A DNA stretch of 64,000 nt, taken from contig JAUCBJ010008027.1 of assembly GCA_032718475.1 (NCBI GenBank), positions 1-64,000 on the forward strand, given 5' to 3'. The translations under genes were made by a program, and so were the position numbers. Below, in pieces: positions 12,363 to 25,456 of this stretch (position 1 is the stretch's first letter; each line of letters opens with the position of its first letter). Origin of the DNA: Nemertoderma westbladi (lineage: Eukaryota > Animalia > Xenacoelomorpha). Under the pieces are notes generated by a model. It was not told where the DNA came from. It saw only the letters and a list, made by a program, of their open reading frames with translations, and did not search any database.

Positions 12363-12789
12363 TGTCCTGCTTCCATTTTTACATGTAGTTATAAAGTTGG
12401 AAACAATTTCTATTAATAACAAATTTATATTGCTCTATGCTTAACCCTTGGGCAGGCAGTTTCCTGCCCGCGGGTTAAATAACTGGGAAAATAACTAACT
12501 TCTGGGGAATAAGTAAGTTGTTACACATTTATTATGGTATGCATTTCGATTATTTTTGTCCCTTAACAACTATTTACAGATTCTAAAAGGGCCTTGTTTG
12601 GGGGAAGAGTTTACAAAATGGGGCTTGGAAAGTTTTGGGGGTGTTTATATTTATTTTTCCCAAGGCAATTGGAAAATTTTCGGTGTGTTTCAATTTAATT
12701 CATTAATTGCAAAGGTGTTATTTTGCCCAAGGGAATAAGAACACCCAAGCTCCAAGGTAAAACATTAACTGTGTCATGTGTGTTGTATA

Positions 12790-13713
12790 CTACTACTAGG
12801 ATCGGCATGCTGCATTGCAGCTGCATTTTTAAGAATGCTGTGCCGGCTTGTCAACAAAATTGCACCGCCACAACTCCCGATCAACCATGACATTTGCTAG
12901 ATCATCCTCATATTTAAGGCCAGTGTCCTTTAAGATGCGTCTCAAGAAAGTCATGGGCTGTCCACCATGCTTATTCACTCCATGAGGCTGCCAAAGTACA
13001 ATACTATGCACTGGCTGGTCCTCACGGCGAAAGCAATGTCCTGCAAAGCGGAGGCGATTTTGTTCTAGTGTCAAGCTTGGGGGAACCAATGAGACACCTC
13101 CAATGTTATATAGTGTCTCGTTGGAGATGTGTGCATTATACTTGACACAATGAACCCGGCGTAGCATTCTTGTGAATGTGCCATCCAGAGATTTGGTGTC
13201 CTCAGCAGTTAGAGCCCAGCTGGACTCCCGTAGAGGAGTACTGGAACTACTGCTGCTCTAAATAATCGGACCTTAAGTTTCCGATTAATTCTCGGTGATT
13301 TCCAAATCCTGGAAAGCCTATTAAAGGCTGCCCATGCCTTTCCCTTACGTATTCGAATGTCCTCACCTGACTTCCGGATCCATGATCCCAGGTAACAGAA
13401 GTCGTCCACATGCTCAAGCATACCATCCTTTGAGCTTATGCTCATCCGATCAGAGACTTGCTGAGGACTTTCAAAGTTAACTGTCAGAATTTTGGTCTTT
13501 CTGGAGTTAATAAAAAGACCAACACTAGAAGCAGCATGTTCTAATGAGCCGTGGAGCCGTTGGGCTCCCTCTAATGATTCTGAGAGTACTCCTAAGTCAT
13601 CAGCAAAGTCTAGATCAGTTAGGTACTTGGCAGGATTTCCTCGACTTCTGGAACCAGTAGGTGGAGTTATCATCACCCCATCATCATTATAATGATCTAA
13701 GGACATGCGTAGA
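12790..13713 (-). mobile_element. RTE-clade LINE, 5'-truncated copy 1
   Basis: RT C-terminal half (DLDFADD, FCYLGS); (TAG)n tail; 12-bp TSD GTGTGTTGTATA at 12778-12789 and 13714-13725; 1-bp frameshift near 13220. Confidence 0.93.
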
Positions 13714-15142
13714 GTGTGTTGTATAGCTCTAGGCTTAATTCATCCAATCGCCGTAATATTCATTCGATCATCAAAAATCACCCGAATTTGTTTGTAAAAA
13801 TTGATGTCAAACTTATTTAAATGGTTTACTTTCTAAAATTTCTATATTTTCCTTATATTGGCCGCTAGGGGTAACATATTGCATAAACTTCAAATTGAAT
13901 ATATAACTAAATTGGCTGAATTAATTGAATAGTATTTTTGGTGGACAAGTCATGTATCCATTACCCACAGACGGTATTGTTCACATTAAATACATTTTAT
14001 TAGTATAATTAAGTATTTAGTACTTAGGAAAATAAAAGTTACAACTTTTTTCCACTATACTCGAGTTATTTTATTTCCCGAGCGCCAGCGAAGTTAATAA
14101 AGGGTCGAGAGAATAATGAAAAAAATGTGCTAGGCCCTACGTTTTTTGCCATATAATACGTAATTTTATTCTTAAATTGGTACTTTTTTTACTTATATTT
14201 CTGTGCTAGTGCAATTCAATTTATACCAACAATATCCTTAACCGGATTGTTGTAATAGTTATTAAAGTAAATTATTAGCAAACTATATTGCTATCGTAGT
14301 TCTGGGGTTCTAATTACTGTATTCGTCCTCCTGATGCTGCCTTACTCAATGTTAAATAATTTAATGGTTCTGGAATATATTAAGTTTATTAAGAATATAT
14401 TAAGTTATTTACTATTGAGTAAATATATTGAGTTTACTATTGAGCATGGATTTTGCTCAAATTACATACAAAGCTGCAAACATTTTCTACTTCGATGCTC
14501 TTTCAACACATGTAATAAAATTTAAGAAATTCCACTAAAAATATTTTCACAAATAAAATTTAAGAAATTCCATGAAAAATATTTTCACATGAAATACAAA
14601 AGTAGTTGGTGGTCTGAATGCCTGATTTGCACCTGATGTGACACACAACAGACCTAAGACGAGCACAGCAGCATTACCGGTTCCTATGTTTGTATGTCAG
14701 TATGTAACACTTCACTACTTCTAAGAGGGAATAACATGGTTATTTTGCCCTACTAGGGTAAAATAACTTTTATGGCCGTAGCCCAGCATTAGAGATAGTT
14801 ATAATCCCGCTAATAAATGTGTAACAAATAAAATTGTACTTTTATAGCTAATAGGAATAGAACAGTTGTTAACAATAAAACAGGGGTAATATTGAAGGGG
14901 CACTTTTACATAGCCCGATGTGTGAGGCGTTTTTTTTTTAATTTTGCAGCATTTTTAATAAATTTTTTAGAGATTTTAAATGGTAGCTGCTGTAGAACAA
15001 TTATAATATTATGTTCAAATAAAATAAAACAAGTCGGCAATTGAATCAAATAAACCATCGAAATGAACACTAATTAATTTTTGATAATATTTTTTTAAAT
15101 GTTCAAGAAAAATGTCAGATATTTGTTATTGAAAAAATTATG

Positions 15143-15650
15143 TTCTAGAACAAATATTTAATAATAAAAACTTTTTTTTCCATGAGAAAAAAAACAAGGT
15201 TTTTATTAAAATAAACCATAAACCTGTAAAACGCGAGAAATGAGTTGTCACAAGCGATTGAACTATTGAAAGGATTTCAAAATTTGGTGCCGCACCAAAA
15301 TTTGGCCCACCGAGGAAAACAAGTTTGAAATTTCTAAATTAATTTATATGAATTCCTAATTATCTAATTGCAAACTAATTCCATCCAATTAATCCATCTA
15401 ATTCCTGCAAAATAAACAAAATAAATTTTAGTTTGAAAAGGTTTTCTTCCGTATATTTATTAAATACCAAACCTTATACTAACTACGGTATGTAGCACAA
15501 ATACTGGATGTTCAATATTCATGTTCTAGAACATATTTATTTTGTTCTAGAACATATTTATTTTGTTCTAGAACATTTTATTTAAACTAACTAGTTGTCG
15601 CTACTTTTTAATCTCCTAGAACAAGTTCGTTATCAATTAAGGTTCTAGAA
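15143..15650. promoter_or_regulatory. Cluster of TTCTAGAA (heat-shock-element-like) palindromes upstream of the WD40 exon
   Basis: gTTCtaGAAc at 15143, 15524, 15545, 15566 and 15643; matches two-unit nTTCnnGAAn only. Confidence 0.3.
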
Positions 15651-15858
15651 CACTTTGTTTTACTGGAACATTAAAAATAAATTAAATATTATATTGATCG
15701 TTTATACAAACCGAATAAATAAAAACAGCTAGTAAATAATTACTGGCTACGCTGACTATCTAATAACAATTACTAGCGCTGTAATACTTATTAGTACTTT
15801 AGCAATTTAGCGGCAATTTACTTTATTTTATCTTTTAGATTCAATAATCCCCCTAACA

Positions 15859-16711
15859 ATGGCGGCGATCGAGGAACTCAAAATGATCCCGGGTACCGAG
15901 GAGGTTGTCTTTGTGTCTTACAACCTCCCCTGTATCATCAACTCAACAACTCTCTACGAAAAGGAAGATCTACCGCGATCCGGAGGTTCTAACGATTACG
16001 GGAGAGTCGCGGTTTCTACGGACGGGAACCGCGTTGCCTCGGGAGCCTGGGCGGGGGGGTCGGTGACTGTCTGGGAGCGGGAAGCGACCGGTTGGAGGGT
16101 CGTAGTGGAGGTACCGGGGAGGGAGTTAGTGGTTGGTGGGGGGGAGTATGAATATAGGTGGGGAATAGATATAAATCCCTCCAACCGGGACGTCATTGCA
16201 ACTTGTGGGTTCGACGGGGGGATTTCTATTATATCAATAACTGGGAGGAAATATAAGGTAACGAACTGGGTGGGGCATTCGGATTTTGTTAACTGTATTC
16301 GGTTCGACTCGAACGGGTCCCGGTTGGCCAGTTGTTCGTGGGATAGAACAGTAAAAGTTTGGGTGACCGGAACTTGGGCGATGTTGTACCAATACCGGGG
16401 GCACAGTGGGGGGGTCTGGAGTCTGGGTTGGGGTCCGGATGGGGAGTCAGTGGTGTCGGTAGGTGAGGGAGGAGGGATCCATCGCTTCGTTGTTGGTTCA
16501 GGGGAGACCTTGTGGAGACAGGAAGCAACTCCTGAGGTCCGGAGGATCGTATTGAGTCCGAACGGATCCAGAATCGCTGCTGTTGGGTGGTACACCGTGT
16601 TGATTTATATTCTAAATTCTGTAACTGGGGAGGTTATCAACCGGATTGAAGGAACGGGGAGCGGCATCTATTCTGTCGATTTCTGTAAAGATGACCGACA
16701 TATTATTACAG
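15859..16711 (+). CDS. First coding exon of a WD40-repeat (beta-propeller) protein
   Basis: GH-x-WD repeats (GHSDFVNCIRFDSNGSRLASCSWDRTVKVW; GHSGGVWSLGWGPDG); polypyrimidine acceptor TTTTATCTTTTAG ending 15838, ATG at 15859 in ACAATGG context, donor ACAG/GTAATT after 16711; GC-rich relative to flanks. Confidence 0.85.
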
Positions 16712-17550
16712 GTAATTAATTAATAGACCTCTTTTATTAAAACACGTTAAATTAATTAATTAGGCCTAGGGTCTAATTCAGTACCGTACCACGTACCATA
16801 GTAAGTAATAATCATTATAACACTTAAATGAATTTATTACATTAATTATTATTATTATTTAATTCAATTTTATTTAATTAATAATTTACTTACCGATATG
16901 ATGCGGATTAACTGAACATTACCTTCACTGCCTCCTGCCAATATTGGGTACCATGGGAAAGAAATTGAAATTAGTCTAATATCAGAATATAGACCATTAC
17001 AACATAGTCCCTGTAGTCGGATAGTTTTAGGTGCGGTTTGGTTCCGGTAAATGTAACATAAAATAAACTAATAAACCAGCAATTAGCTTAATAATATTAT
17101 GTATTCAGTTATCTGTTAGGTTGTTTGTTATTGGTTTGTATCAATGGCGTTTTAACCAACTGGTAGTTCTACTTAAATAAACAAACTATAATGGTACCAA
17201 TGCGTACCGGTACTGCAATGCAGTAAAGTAACTGTAAGAGAATACAATCGGTAATGTATAATAAAAAGTTTCATTTTTAAGTCTGCCACACAGTCCCATT
17301 ACTTAGGCATACAACAAAGGCTTATTATAATAATATATTACACCTTGCCCGTAATAAAGTGTAATTTTAGATAAGAAGGGACACCCCTAACTCACACCCA
17401 ACCTTATTTTTATACAATCTTTATCGTACTTTATTTAACATGGAGCTACATAGAATTTTCTTTTTTGAATTTATAGACTTTTAACGTTTGCGATATCGCC
17501 CTCATTGCATCACGACCATTCCTCATATTATTAGCCACAATGACATATTA

Positions 17551-17930
17551 TTAGAAAGCTTGAGTTGTAAGGATTCCAAATATAAATATATTTTGAGTTT
17601 CGTTGAGAAACAGCTGAAATATAATACTGGCGTTCAAAGATTGTGATAAATTATCATTCGCTGGAGGTCATTTATTATAATTAATATAAACACTACATTC
17701 TAGAACGTGTTATTATTTTTATCATTTTTATGATAAAAATCCTATTTATTTATCCTATTTATAATATATTATTATATTTATGTATGCATAGCTACACATG
17801 TACATAAATAACTGGTATATTATAATGAAAGATACTTCTTGTAATCTTAGAACGCCCATATCTCATCTGTTTCTCAACGAAATTGAGACATTGATGCATA
17901 TTTGGAATCCTCACAATGCAAGCTTTCAAA
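17551..17930. mobile_element. Degenerate foldback/MITE remnant
   Basis: GAAAGCTTG..GGATTCCAAATAT..TTTCGTTGAGAAACAG..GGCGTTC (17551-17645) is inverted at 17838-17930. Confidence 0.6.
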
Positions 17931-18820
17931 AATATAAAAAATAAATCAATATTGATGAGAAAAATGGCAACGAAACGAAGGCAACAATTTCGTAAAAGAC
18001 ACTTTTATAAAACGCTAACGTAAAAATTTAAATGTAAAATTGAAAATTCCGGTTACCTGGGGTCCTCCGCTCTGAGTTGAACTAATACAATTTTTAATAA
18101 GGAAACAGCTTATTTCTGCGAGTTAAATTCTCGTGCAGTAGGGAGATGATTTTTGACTCATACTGTTTGGAATACTGTTTGGAATACTGTTTGGAACAAC
18201 TTTACTCTATAGTATTTAGACCGGTAGTGATACAGAATATGATACTCTGTTCTTTTTTAAATTTCCCACCACCGAAAACAGAGAAATGTATTATTGGATT
18301 TGGTAGGGTTTCTCATGTTACAATAAGTGTGGAATTATTGTACTGTTTATAGCAGAGTAAGTGTCTTTTTCAAAAATTACGAGTGTACAGAACAGTAAGT
18401 GAGGAAAAATATTAATGTAAGTTCATATAAGTATATAAGTGCCACTCATTAAATTAAGTACAATTTTTTATGTCGTTTTATTCCTGGTAAAATAAATTAT
18501 TATAAAAAAATATATAATTTAGTTCGTATTTGAATAGTTTCGTGAGTTGCCAAATCGGTTGGATCTATATATGGGAGTCTAGAACTGACACGTTATATTC
18601 GTCGAATAAGTGGCCATTGTCGATACAGTGTTGTGTTATTCCACTACGTTTATAGCCATTATATAAGACCGCTTAAAACTGTGAATCGATACATTTTATT
18701 TACCAATTACCATTATTTACATTCAAATTTTAAGCCCACCACCAACACTGTCAGTAAAAACTATAACACTCTCCATAAATAATGTTCGTTGTGGCGCTTT
18801 ACTTGTTTTCGTACATGTTA

Positions 18821-19744
18821 TTAAGGGGGGTACCCCCCCCCCCCCCCCCTTAATACCCTATATTTTCATGGCCATTACTACTACTTTGAATGAAACTATG
18901 TATCTTTTGTGGGGTTCGAGCAACCACAGGGAGGTCAAATAATGATCATAAACAAAATATTTGTAATTTTACGTCGCCCTCTAGCGGGCAGGTGCGCAAA
19001 TGCAAAATTCACTTAAAACGCTACTCTACCGTTAGTTTTGGTCCAAATTTGGTGAAATTAACACTATTTTCCTCAGGACGGTTCTGCACATGAAACATAC
19101 TTGGCAGAAAATAAAATTTCAATTTAATTTTCATTTTATAATTAGAAATATTATTTTTCACTTAAAAATATGGGTTTTATCATGAAAAATGCCACATTGG
19201 AGCAGTTAGGAATAAAAATTAAAAAATGTGGCAAGTATGTTTTATTTCTGACGAATGCAGCACCAATGTATAAAAAAATTATGAAAATTGGTTCAAAAAT
19301 GGCGGAGGAGTAGTATTTTGAAAAATGGAAATATCGTGAAATGTAATTCCGAGATAATTTGCTTTAAAATTTGAACCTTCCCGCTCAAACCTGACTGTCT
19401 GTAGTTTGTTAACGGTCAGTAATGTTTGACACTATGTCGTCATACCAACTCACTAAAATTATCAATATGGGGGTTTTCGGGGTCGGTGATTTCATTTCTG
19501 ATGTCTGTTTTAATGTTTGGTGGTATCTAATATGTCTGTCTGACAGCATGTCTGTCTGTCTGTCTCCTAAATTTTGACGGACAAACTGAAAGACGGAAAG
19601 ACAGCGATAACTCGAGAACTAAAAAAGATCCCGCCAAACTGTTTCAAGATTTGAACTCCCCATTAAATTCTGCATCAGATGAAATAGAAAACCCAAAATG
19701 TGAAAATTTGACCCAAGGAGGGGGTACCCCCCCCCCCCCTTAGT
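18821..19744. mobile_element. Probable non-autonomous DNA transposon remnant
   Basis: Both ends carry GGGGGTACCCCC(C)n; left end starts with TTAA; internal CGCCCTCTAGCGG at 18975-18987; right TSD imperfect. Confidence 0.4.
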
Positions 19745-19925
19745 TTCCCAATGTAATTATGGTCAGTTCAGGCATTACAGTCTATTTTACATATTGCATG
19801 CATGAGTTTAACCTTCTTTCCCAACCCTCTTTAAATCGGAGCAAATTTGTAGAAATTTTCGAAACAGTTTCATATCGAGTCAACTTAAACTTTGTAAAAA
19901 AAATTTTAACTGGTAGTTCGTCCGA

Positions 19926-21528
19926 TGAGATAACTCCCCACCAAATATGACTCTCCAGTCTTCTCAGCCGAGGGTGAGAACACCCCCAGTTTTCTTCCTA
20001 GATTTCTTAATTAACGGAAAGGAGCAGGTTACAGTGGCGGGCTTTTCTAAGCAATACAATAAACGATAACTCATTAACATAGGTAACAGTTTAATTTTTG
20101 CAATATACGAAAATAGCACAGGTATGGATATGAATTATAACTCAATTAGGGGAGTCATATCAGCCTAAGGGGAGTCATCTCAGCCTAAGGGGAGTCATCT
20201 CAGCCTAAGGGGAGTCATAATTGGGGGTAGGGAGTAATCTCAGCCTAAGGGGAGTCATCTCAGCCTAAAGGGAGTCATCTCAGCCTAAGGGGAGTCATAT
20301 CAGCCTAAGGGGAGTCATCGCATCCTAAGGGGAGTAATCTCAGCCTAGGGGGAGTCATATCAGCCTAAGGGGAGTCATCTCAGCCTAAGGGGAGTCATCT
20401 CAGCCTAAGGGGAGTCATCTCAGCCTAAGGGGAGTCATATCAGCCTAAGGGGAGTCATATCAGCCTAAGGGGAGTCACTCAGCCTAAGGGGAGTCATATC
20501 AGCCTAAGGGGAGTCATCGCATCCTAAGGGGAGTAATCTCAGCCTAGGGGGAGTCATCTCAGCCTAAAGGGAGTCATATCAGCCTAAGGGGAGTCATATC
20601 AGCCTAAGGGGAGTCATCTCAGCCTAAGGGGAGTCATATCAGCCTAAGGGGAGTCATCGCATCCTAAGGGGAGTAATCTCAGCCTAGGGGGAGTCATATC
20701 AGCCTAAGGGGAGTCATCTCAGCCTAAGGGGAGTCATCTCAGCCTAAGGGGAGTCATCTCAGCCTAAGGGGAGTCATATCAGCCTAAGGGGAGTCATATC
20801 AGCCTAAGGGGAGTCACTCAGCCTAAGGGGAGTCATATCAGCCTAAGGGGAGTCATCGCATCCTAAGGGGAGTAATCTCAGCCTAGGGGGAGTCATCTCA
20901 GCCTAAAGGGAGTCATATCAGCCTAAGGGGAGTCATATCAGCCTAAGGGGAGTCATATCAGCCTAAGGGGAGTAATCTCAGCCTAAGGGGAGTCATCTCA
21001 GCCTAAATGGAGTCATATCAGCCTAAGGGGAGTCATATCAGCCTAAGGGGAGTCATCTCGGCCTAAGGGGAGTCATCTCGGCCTAAGGGGAGTCATCTCA
21101 GCCTAAGGGGAGTCATCTCAGCCTAAGGGGAGTCATATCAGCCTATGGGGAGTCATATCAGCCTAAGGGGAGTCATCTCAGCCTAAGGGGAGTCATATCA
21201 GCCTAAGGGGAGTAATCTCAGCCTAAATGGAGTCATCTCAGCCTAAAGGGAGTCATATCAGCCTAAGGGGAGTCATATCAGCCTAAGGGGAGTCATATCA
21301 GCCTAAGGGGAATCATCTCAGCCTAAGGGGAGTCATATCAGCCTAAGAGGAGTATTCTCAGCCTAAGGGGAGTCATCTCAGCCTAAAGGGAGTCATCTCA
21401 GGCAAAGTGGAGTAATCTCAGCCTAAGGGGAGTGTTCTAAGCCTAGACTAAGATAACTGGGGGTGGGGAGTGTTCTCAACCTAGGCTGAGACGATTGGGG
21501 AGTCATTTCAAGAGGGAGTTATCTCAGC
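19926..21528. mobile_element. Inverted-repeat-bounded element with an internal 20-bp satellite
   Basis: About 75-bp inverted repeats (TGAGATAACTCCC..ATGACTC..TCTCAGCC..TGAGAACAC..CCCCAGTT) at 19926-20000 and 21441-21528. Confidence 0.7.
20148..21446. repeat. 20-bp tandem array (~64 units)
   Basis: Unit CAGCCTAAGGGGAGTCATMT with ~299-bp higher-order periodicity (20320, 20519/20659, 20858 variants). Confidence 0.97.
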
Positions 21529-21765
21529 CTTGTAAACCCGCACTATTGACTGCTGTTAGACCGAAGTTTAAATTGGTAGTTCGTCGTATTGACCGAGTCT
21601 ACCTACGTTCTAAATTAAATGTGTGTAATCCAATCTGATCAAGGATTGTTTTTATAGCTTTGGAGAATGTTGGTACAAATCGTATAACACAGTCAGTGTC
21701 GTCAGTAGGTTTGGGTGATACTGTTGGAGCTGGCGGAGTGTTGGAGGCTATTATCGACCACATCT

Positions 21766-22164
21766 CGCGGGTAGTTGTTTATATTAACAGTATACAGTAT
21801 CGCGGGTAGTTGTTTATAGTAACAGTATACAGTATCGCGGGTAGTTGTTTATATTAACAGTATACAGTATCGCGGGTAGTTGTTTATATTAACAGTATAC
21901 AGTATTGCGGGTAGTTGTTTATATTAACAGTATACAGTATCGCGGGTAGTTGTTTATATTAACAGTATACAGTATCGCGGGTAGTTGTTTATATTAACAG
22001 TATCACGGGTAGTTGTTTATATTAACAGTATACAGTATCGCGGGTAGTTGTTTATATTAACAGTATACAGTATCGCGGGTAGTTGTTTATATTAACAGTA
22101 TACAGTATCGCGGGTAGTTGTTTATATTAACAGTATACAGTATCGCGGGTAGTTGTTTATATTA
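21766..22164. repeat. 35-bp minisatellite (~11.5 units)
   Basis: Unit ATCGCGGGTAGTTGTTTATATTAACAGTATACAGT. Confidence 0.95.
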
Positions 22165-23164
22165 GCGCAGTCCAGATAGGAAAAATACCACCATCTGACG
22201 ACATGTAGCCGTATCGCTATAGGTACTGCGTTATGTTTCACGGAGTGTTCCTACCTAGAAGTTAATTACCGCGGTCTACCAGAACCAACGTGCCTATTAA
22301 CCACTTTACAACACAAATTTACTGCCTACGCACTAATCACCTTCGGAAAGCACTGTACACTAAACCCTAAATTAGGTACAAGTACTTGTACAACAAATAA
22401 TCAGTAGTTAAAAATACTTGAACAGCTAAAAGAACCACGGTATCTGCTGGAGTGACCAAAGCTCAAAATCTCCAGTCTTTACCTACGCCGAGCAGCCCTG
22501 ATGTAGTACCGGGGTTAATTGAACTATAACGGTATGTATAACAAGCACAATTACTGTAGGAATAAACTTGGGGATATGAATGTTGCGAATAATCGCATAA
22601 ACTCTGAATAATAAATATTACGCTACGCGTACAGTCTACTCAAACAAAATGCAGACCAAATACTGACAGACTACTATCAAGCCTAAACAAACTACGGTAT
22701 ATGCAGACTCCGAAATGGTTAGTTAGTATGCGTTCTAACCGAGTAGTACGACTTATTCTTTCGAGGGGGTTTACCTCACAGCACTGGAAGCCCCTACGTT
22801 CCTAACCGGCACTTTATTGGACATACACTCTACACGCACCACAATCTCTTCAGACCTAACAACAGCCAGACAACAATCCAGCCTACAAATTATCTAAATA
22901 AGAAATATTACTCTACCCGTACAGACTACACAAACAAAATACAAACCAAACGCTGGCAGACTACCATCAAGCCTAAATAAACTACAGTATATGCAGACTC
23001 CGAAATCGTTAGTTAGTATGCGTTCTAACCGAGTAGTACGACTTATTCTTTCGAGGGGGTTTACCTCACAACACTGGAAGCCCCTACGTTCCTAACCGGC
23101 ACTTTATCGGACATACACTCTACACACACCGCAATCCGTTCAGGCCTAACAACAGTCAGACAAC

Positions 23165-24947
23165 TACTACTAGGATCGGCATGCTGCATTGCAGCTGTAT
23201 TTTTAAGAATGCTGTGCCGGCTTGTCAACAAAATTGCACCGCCACAACTCCCTATCACCCATGACATTTGCTAGATCATCCGCATCTTTAAGGCCAGTGT
23301 CCTTTAAGATGCGTCTCAAGAAAGTCATGGGCTGTCCACCATGCTTATTCACTCCATGAGGCTGCCAAAGTACAAGATTATGCACTGGCTGGTCCTCACG
23401 GCGAAAGCAATGTCCTGCAAAGCGGAGGCGATTTTGTTCTAGTGTCAAGCTTGGGGGAACCAATGAGACACCTCCAATGTTATATAGTGTCTGGTTGGAG
23501 ATGTGTGCATTGTACTTGACACAATGAACCCGGCGTAGCATTCTTGTGAATGTGCCATCCAGAGATTTGGTGTCCTCAGCAGTTAGAGCCCAGCATGGAC
23601 TCCCGTAGAGGAGTACTGGAACTACTGCTGCTCTAAATAATCGGACCTTAAGTTTCCGATTAATTCTCGGTGACTTCCAAATCCTGGAAAGCCTATTCAA
23701 GGCTGCCCATGCCTTTCCCTTACGTATTCGAAGGTCCTCACCTGACTTCCGGATCCATGATCCCAGGTAACAGAAGTCATCGACATGCTCAAGCATACCA
23801 TCCTTTGAGCTTATGCTCATCCGATCAGAGACTTGCTGAGGACTTTCAAAGTTAACTGTCAGAATTTTGGTCTTTCTGGAGTTAATAAAAAGACCAACAC
23901 TAGAAGCAGCATGTTCTAATGAGCTGAGGAGCCGTTGGGCTCCCTCTAATGATTCTGAGAGTACTCCTAAGTCATCAGCAAAGTCTAGATCAGTTAGGTA
24001 CTTGGCAGGATTTCCTCGACTTCTGGAGCCAGTAGGTGGAGTTATCATCACCCCATCATCATTATGATGATCTAAGGACATGCGTAGAACATAGTCAACC
24101 ACAATAATGAATAAGAATGGTGCAAGTGTGTCTCCTTGGAGGACGCCCCATAACACTTCGAATGGTTCTGTGTCACCGTCAACAGTAGACACAAATGTTG
24201 TCGAACCATCGTATACTGATCTGATTGCTGCAATAATTTCATCAGGAATCCCATATAATGAAAGTATGCTGAACATACGTGAGCGAGAGACTGAATCAAA
24301 GGCCTTGAAGAAGTCAACAAAGATAACAGCCAGGTGCCTGTCTTTCTTTTTTGATAATTCTTCAATTATCCTTCTAAGTGCCAAAATGGGCTCCATGGTC
24401 CCACGACCTTTACGGAACCCATTCTGATTTCCACGGAGCAGTCTCTCAATGGGATCCCTGATGCGATTTAATAGAATCCTATTGTGTAGCTTTGCAGCAA
24501 TTGAGATCAATGAGATTCCCCGAAAAGAACCATAGAGTGTTAGGTTGCCCTTCTTGGGAACTGGCACCAACTTATTTGTTTTCATTTCTTGTGGGACTCT
24601 TGTTGTACGGTACCTTTCTACTATGATGGGATAGATGAGCTTTAAACACTCAGGTATTTTAAAGACCTCAGGGGGAACACCATCTACTCCACTGGCACGA
24701 TTGGTCTTAATGCTCTTTGCAGCAGCCTTCACTTCTGCAAAGGAGATATCGCCAATGGGAATATCTGGGAGTACAGACTCAGACACCTTTACTTCTATAA
24801 AGTTATCAGGCAATACCCTGTCATTATTGAGGAGCTTTTCAAAGTGGGCTTTCCAACCATTGAGGCGATCGGCTGGTGATTCTGCCTTAACCTTGGTGGT
24901 TGGTTGGCTTTTCCGCCCAGTAAGCAGATTGATCGATCAGATCCAGA
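23165..24947 (-). mobile_element. RTE-clade LINE, 5'-truncated copy 2
   Basis: Same family as copy 1; (TAG)n tail; 9-bp TSD TCAGACAAC (23156-23164, 24948-24956); extra GATC-rich bases at the 5' junction. Confidence 0.93.
23203..24813 (-). CDS. RTE reverse transcriptase domain (open frame, endonuclease missing)
   Basis: ASGVDG, FRGISL, QNGFR, FVDFFKAFDSV, GVLQGDTLAP, FADD, FCYLGS motifs. Confidence 0.9.
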   Translation of the reverse strand: MPDNFIEVKVSESVLPDIPIGDISFAEVKAAAKSIKTNRASGVDGVPPEVFKIPECLKLIYPIIVERYRTTRVPQEMKTNKLVPVPKKGNLTLYGSFRGISLISIAAKLHNRILLNRIRDPIERLLRGNQNGFRKGRGTMEPILALRRIIEELSKKKDRHLAVIFVDFFKAFDSVSRSRMFSILSLYGIPDEIIAAIRSVYDGSTTFVSTVDGDTEPFEVLWGVLQGDTLAPFLFIIVVDYVLRMSLDHHNDDGVMITPPTGSRSRGNPAKYLTDLDFADDLGVLSESLEGAQRLLSSLEHAASSVGLFINSRKTKILTVNFESPQQVSDRMSISSKDGMLEHVDDFCYLGSWIRKSGEDLRIRKGKAWAALNRLSRIWKSPRINRKLKVRLFRAAVVPVLLYGSPCWALTAEDTKSLDGTFTRMLRRVHCVKYNAHISNQTLYNIGGVSLVPPSLTLEQNRLRFAGHCFRREDQPVHNLVLWQPHGVNKHGGQPMTFLRRILKDTGLKDADDLANVMGDRELWRCNFVDKPAQHS

Positions 24948-25456
24948 TCAGACAACAGTCCAGCCTACAAATTGTCTGTACAATCTGAGCAGGCTTACAC
25001 GTCTTCTGCTCAATATTAGCCTACAATTAAATAAAACTGACAGAAATAAATAAGCTCCAAAAGAAACAAGGGGTGTACAGTCCCTAATCTCTTAAACAGC
25101 CTACCACTATACAATATCACAATCGAAATAATACTGATGTACGGTACCTGTATTGTAAGTACCGGTTCCGGTGGTTAGGTAGTTAGGCCTACAGGTTACC
25201 GGTCGACCGGTACTTCTCTCTTTATTGCCTACGCCGCAATAAAGAAGCAATAACTGTTACTGTTCGCGCTTTTAAGACCTTTAGCAGATTAACCTGCCAA
25301 ATTTGGATGTCTTTTAGATTATAAATCGACTTTAGCCTATGACAAGTATTTGATACAAAATAAACACTACATTAGCCGAAGCCAGCCTAGTGCGCGACCA
25401 TTCACCCGCTGGATATACCCGGGAGACTGGATTCGGAAGACTTGACCTTATTGCGT

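Larger units (their letters stand above)
22165..25456 (-). mobile_element. Second, truncated copy of the BEL element A 5' leader (tandem with A, sharing its LTR)
   Basis: 22165-22485 is nearly identical to 46521-46841, which lies upstream of gag A; contains a ~290-bp tandem duplication (about 22642 / 22932); abuts the LTR at 25457. Confidence 0.6.

Noticed and set aside
8273-12444. Many long ORFs on both strands of the 42-bp array
   Set aside because: Consequence of a stop-poor repeat unit; not separate genes.
20148-22164. CRISPR-like arrays
   Set aside because: Head-to-tail tandem units without unique spacers, in a eukaryotic context with no cas genes.
22165-22485. Repeat shared with 46521-46841 as the LTR pair of element A
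   Set aside because: No TG..CA ends, PPT or TSD; better explained as duplicated leader, with the LTR at 25457-26462.
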